Positions 56,212 to 59,371 of a stretch of 59,371 bases of DNA are shown in pieces. The notes beneath the pieces were generated by a model. That model had not been told where the DNA came from. It did not search any database and saw only the letters and a list, made by a program, of their open reading frames with translations. The stretch comes from Chloroflexota bacterium. Lineage in GTDB: Bacteria; Chloroflexota; Limnocylindria; Limnocylindrales; CSP1-4. The DNA lies in the NCBI GenBank assembly GCA_034435355.1, contig DAOTXE010000002.1:1-59371 (forward strand). The letters run 5' to 3'. The translations under genes and the position numbers were made by a program. Every line of letters starts with the position of its first letter. Positions within the stretch are counted from its first letter, which is position 1.

Positions 56212-57284
56212 CGGGCGACGCGCGGCCTCGCTTCGCGATGTACTGGGGAGCCGCCTGCGGCGGCTGCGACATCGCCGTGCTCAACCTCAACGAGAAGCTG
56301 CTGGACGTGGCGGCCCGCTTCGAGATCGCGTTCTGGCCGGCCGTCGTCGACGTGAAGTACGCCGACCTCGAGGCGATGCCGGACAAGTCGATCCTGCTCA
56401 CCCTGTTCAGCGGCGGCATTCGCAACTCCGAGAACGAGGAGATCGCCCGACTGCTGCGCCGCAAGAGCCAGCTGCTTGTTGCCTTCGGTGCCTGCGCAAC
56501 CGAGGGCGGCATCCCCGGGCTGGCCAACCTGTCCAGTCCCGCCGAGATCTACGCCGCCGTTTACGACGACGGGCTCTCCACGGTGAACCCCGACGGCGTG
56601 CGCCCGGTGACACGCATGACCGTCCAGGAAGGAAAGCTCCACCTGCCGACGTTCCAGCATCTCGTCCGGACCCTGGACCAGGTGGTCCCGGTCGACTACT
56701 ACGTGCCCGGCTGCCCTCCGGAGACCGCCCGGATCGCCGAGGTCATGGACGTCGTGATGGCGGTCCTCGACGGGAAGGCCGAGCTGCCGCCGCCGGGGTC
56801 GGTCCTCGGGGCCGGCACGTCGACGGTGTGCGACGAGTGCACCCGCGAGCGGCACGAGAAGCGGCTGCCGGCGTTCGTTCGCCTCCAGTCGTTGGCGCAC
56901 GTGGACCCGAACCTGTGCCTCCTCGAGCAGGGCATCCCCTGCAACGGTCCGGCGACGCGCTCCGGTTGTGGCGCCCTCTGCCCGGCCGCGGGGGCCCAGT
57001 GCATCGGCTGCTACGGATCGGCCGACGGCACGGGCGACCAGGGCGCCCGCCTGCTGTCCGCGTTCGCCTCGATCGTCGAAGCGCGCGATCCGTTCGACAT
57101 CGACCTGGCGCTGGCGGGCATCGCCGACCCGGTGGGCCAGTTCTATCGCTTCGGGCTCGCAGCCTCGCCGTTGCGCGGGGGGCGGCATGGCGTTGCCGCG
57201 CGCGACGACGGCCTGGGGGTCGGTCCGGTCGAGCCGGCGGAGTCGGATGCCGGGCGCGAGCTCGTCGCCGGCGCGGCGAGGTAG
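56208..57284 (+). CDS. mvhG: Group 3c [NiFe]-hydrogenase small subunit
   Basis: WGAACGGCD, AFGACA..GGIPGL, VPGCPP, VCDEC, CLLEQG.PC.GPATRSGCGALCP..CIGCYG; ATG at 56208. Confidence 0.92.
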   Translation: MTGDARPRFAMYWGAACGGCDIAVLNLNEKLLDVAARFEIAFWPAVVDVKYADLEAMPDKSILLTLFSGGIRNSENEEIARLLRRKSQLLVAFGACATEGGIPGLANLSSPAEIYAAVYDDGLSTVNPDGVRPVTRMTVQEGKLHLPTFQHLVRTLDQVVPVDYYVPGCPPETARIAEVMDVVMAVLDGKAELPPPGSVLGAGTSTVCDECTRERHEKRLPAFVRLQSLAHVDPNLCLLEQGIPCNGPATRSGCGALCPAAGAQCIGCYGSADGTGDQGARLLSAFASIVEARDPFDIDLALAGIADPVGQFYRFGLAASPLRGGRHGVAARDDGLGVGPVEPAESDAGRELVAGAAR

Positions 57285-57291
57285 GAGAGCG

Positions 57292-58779
57292 ATGATGGAG
57301 CGAGTGACGATCGACCCGATCACGCGGCTCGAAGGCCACGGCCGGATCGAGATCTTCCTCGACAGCGACGGCGAGGTCGCAAACGCCTACTTCCAGGTCC
57401 CCGAGATGCGCGGCTTCGAGCGCTTCTGCGTGGGCCGGCCGGTTGAGGAGATGCCGCTGCTCACCAGCCGGATCTGCGGTGTCTGTCCGGAGGCGCACCA
57501 CATGGCGGCCGCCAAGGCTGCCGATGCCGTCTACCACGTCGATCCGCCCCGGCCTGCCAAGCTGCTTCGCGAGCTCCTGTACAGCGCGTTCTTCGTCGCC
57601 GACCACACGACCCACTTCTACGCTCTCGGTGGGCCTGACCTCGTCGTGGGGCCCGACGCCCCGGCCTCGGAGCGCAACCTGCTCGGCGTGATCCGGACCG
57701 TCGGCCTGGAGATCGGCGGGCAGGTCATCGAGGCGCGCCGGGCGGGACACCGCGTCATCGAACTCATCGGTGGCCGCAAGGTTCACCCCTGCACCGCCGT
57801 CCCGGGTGGTCTCACCAAGGGCATCACGGAGGAGGAGCGGGTTGAGATCGAGCGACTGGGCCGGTGGGCGGTCGAGTTCGGCCAGGCGAGCCTGGCCCTG
57901 TTCGACCGGCTGGTCCTGGGCAACCCGGCCTACCTCGAGCTGATCCTGGGCAACGTCTACCGCGACGAGACCTATTACATGGGTATGGTCGACCCGGCCG
58001 GGAAGGTCAACTTCTACGACGGCCGGATCCGGGTCGTCGCCCCCGATGGCGAGCTGCACGGTGAATACGCGCCGGCCGAGTACCGGGACTGGATCGCCGA
58101 GCGTGTCGAGCCCTGGACCTACCTCAAGTTCCCGTATCTCCAGCAGGTCGGCTGGAAAGGATTCGTGGACGGCAAGGACTCGGGCATCTACTGCGCCACG
58201 CCCCTGAGCCGTCTCAACGCCGCCGACGGGATGGCCACCCCACTCGCCCAGGCCGAGTACGAGCGGTTCTACTCGACCCTGGCCCCACGCGCCGCGGACG
58301 GCCGCAAGCGACTTGTCCACCAGCGGCTCGCCACGCACTGGGCTCGCCTGATCGAGCTGCTCTATGCCGCCGAGCGCTGGGTCGAGCTGGCGACCGACCC
58401 CGAGGTGGTCTCGGACAATGTCCGAACGATCCCCACCGAGGCGCCCACGAAGGGTGTCGGGACCGTCGAGGCCCCGCGAGGGACACTCACCCACCACTAC
58501 TGGACGGATGAGCGTGGAGTTCTCACCCGCGTGAACCTGGTCGTGGGGACGACGAACAACTACGCGCCGATCAGCCTGTCGGTCGCCAAGGCAGCTCGCA
58601 ACCTGATCCACCACGGGACGGTCACGGACGGGTTGCTGAACCGGATCGAGATGGCGTTCCGGTCCTATGACCCGTGCTTTGGTTGCGCGACGCATTCCCT
58701 GCCGGGCCAGATGCCGCTTGAGGTCGCGATCCGCGACGCTGACGGTCGCGTGCTCGACGTCCGTCGCCAGTTCTGCTGA
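57292..58779 (+). CDS. mvhA: Group 3c [NiFe]-hydrogenase large subunit
   Basis: IDPITRLEGHG, RGFERF, L1 SRICGVCP..H, EAPRGTL.HHY, L2 RSYDPCFGCATH plus cleavable C-terminal tail. Confidence 0.94.
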   Translation: MMERVTIDPITRLEGHGRIEIFLDSDGEVANAYFQVPEMRGFERFCVGRPVEEMPLLTSRICGVCPEAHHMAAAKAADAVYHVDPPRPAKLLRELLYSAFFVADHTTHFYALGGPDLVVGPDAPASERNLLGVIRTVGLEIGGQVIEARRAGHRVIELIGGRKVHPCTAVPGGLTKGITEEERVEIERLGRWAVEFGQASLALFDRLVLGNPAYLELILGNVYRDETYYMGMVDPAGKVNFYDGRIRVVAPDGELHGEYAPAEYRDWIAERVEPWTYLKFPYLQQVGWKGFVDGKDSGIYCATPLSRLNAADGMATPLAQAEYERFYSTLAPRAADGRKRLVHQRLATHWARLIELLYAAERWVELATDPEVVSDNVRTIPTEAPTKGVGTVEAPRGTLTHHYWTDERGVLTRVNLVVGTTNNYAPISLSVAKAARNLIHHGTVTDGLLNRIEMAFRSYDPCFGCATHSLPGQMPLEVAIRDADGRVLDVRRQFC

Positions 58780-58785
58780 TCGCCG

Positions 58786-59268
58786 ATGGCCGGGCCCACC
58801 CTGGTCATCGGCCTGGGCAACCCGATCCTGGGGGACGACGGGGTCGGCTGGCGCGTGGCCGACGAGGTCGAGCGCCGCCTGAGCGCGTACCCGTCACCGG
58901 CGCCTGCGACCGTCGAACGCCTGGCGGTGGGCGGGCTCGCCCTCATGGAACGGCTCGTCGGGTGCGATCGCGCCATCATCATCGACTCGTACCTGAGCGA
59001 CGGCGAGCCAGGAACGGTCAGGTCGTTCTCGCTCGCGGAGCTTGCGGGCCGCCCGCTCGGGTACCTCGATTCCGCCCACGACGCATCACTTGCGTCTGCC
59101 CTGGCCGCCGGCCGAGCCGTCGGCGCGCGCCTGCCGGACGACGTGGTCGTGGTCACCGTCGACACGGTGCCGCAGGACGTCTTTGACGACACGCTCACGG
59201 CGCCCGTCCAGTCGGCGGTCGACGCGGCCGCGAATGAGGTCATGGCGTTCATCGCCCGCGCGCCGTGA
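58786..59268 (+). CDS. Hydrogenase maturation endopeptidase (HybD/HycI family)
   Basis: VIGLGNPILGDDGVG, IIIDS, SAHD. Confidence 0.92.
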   Translation: MAGPTLVIGLGNPILGDDGVGWRVADEVERRLSAYPSPAPATVERLAVGGLALMERLVGCDRAIIIDSYLSDGEPGTVRSFSLAELAGRPLGYLDSAHDASLASALAAGRAVGARLPDDVVVVTVDTVPQDVFDDTLTAPVQSAVDAAANEVMAFIARAP

Positions 59269-59371
59269 CCTTCGGGGAGCCCCGGCGGTCCCGCCGGCGG
59301 TCGCCCATCCGCGGGTCCGCGCGCCGCTACGGCGGCCACCACCTTGGTCGTCGGCCAGGACAGCGCCTTCC

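Noticed and set aside
53639-58779. Selenocysteine in HdrA, MvhD or MvhA
   Set aside because: All relevant positions are Cys codons in uninterrupted ORFs; no in-frame TGA
58665-59371. Possible minus-strand gene at the right edge
   Set aside because: No recognisable motif; mostly antisense to the maturation protease; too little sequence to call
1-59371. CRISPR arrays, tRNA/rRNA genes, IS elements/integrases, or boundary repeats around the energy locus
   Set aside because: None seen by eye; there is no direct evidence that the energy locus is mobile

Overview
High-GC bacterial chromosome window, most likely Chloroflexota. This assignment is an inference from r-protein and RpoA style and gene order; the class is possibly Limnocylindria/Ellin6529-like. 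There are three zones. (1) 1-16954: the 3' end of tuf, then one continuous S10-spc-alpha superoperon (rpsJ...rplO-secY-adk-map-infA-rpmJ-rpsM-rpsK-rpsD-rpoA-rplQ-truA-rplM-rpsI). (2) 17010-41772: housekeeping genes (TPR protein, cdaA-cdaR-glmM-glmS-acpS-nnrD-alr, tsaE-tsaB-rimI-tsaD-rsmA-ispE-ridA, glmU, HlyC/CorC, idsA, recO, glyQS). An uncharacterised, translationally coupled 4-gene cassette sits between alr and tsaE: a macrodomain, a 96-aa protein, a GlmL/MutL-like ASKHA protein and a barrel-sandwich/KOW-like protein. (3) 41806-59268: a ~17.5 kb anaerobic energy-conservation locus of two divergent arms. The minus arm is receiver protein-echABCDEF-ferredoxin-nfnAB; the plus arm is hypAB-hdrCBA-mvhDGA-maturation protease. 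Together they could form a self-contained H2/ferredoxin/disulfide electron-bifurcation circuit. No rRNA, tRNA, CRISPR array or mobile element was seen. Many long ORFs in the supplied track are GC-rich shadow frames, so I re-called starts by eye. No database searches were run; family assignments come from motif recognition.
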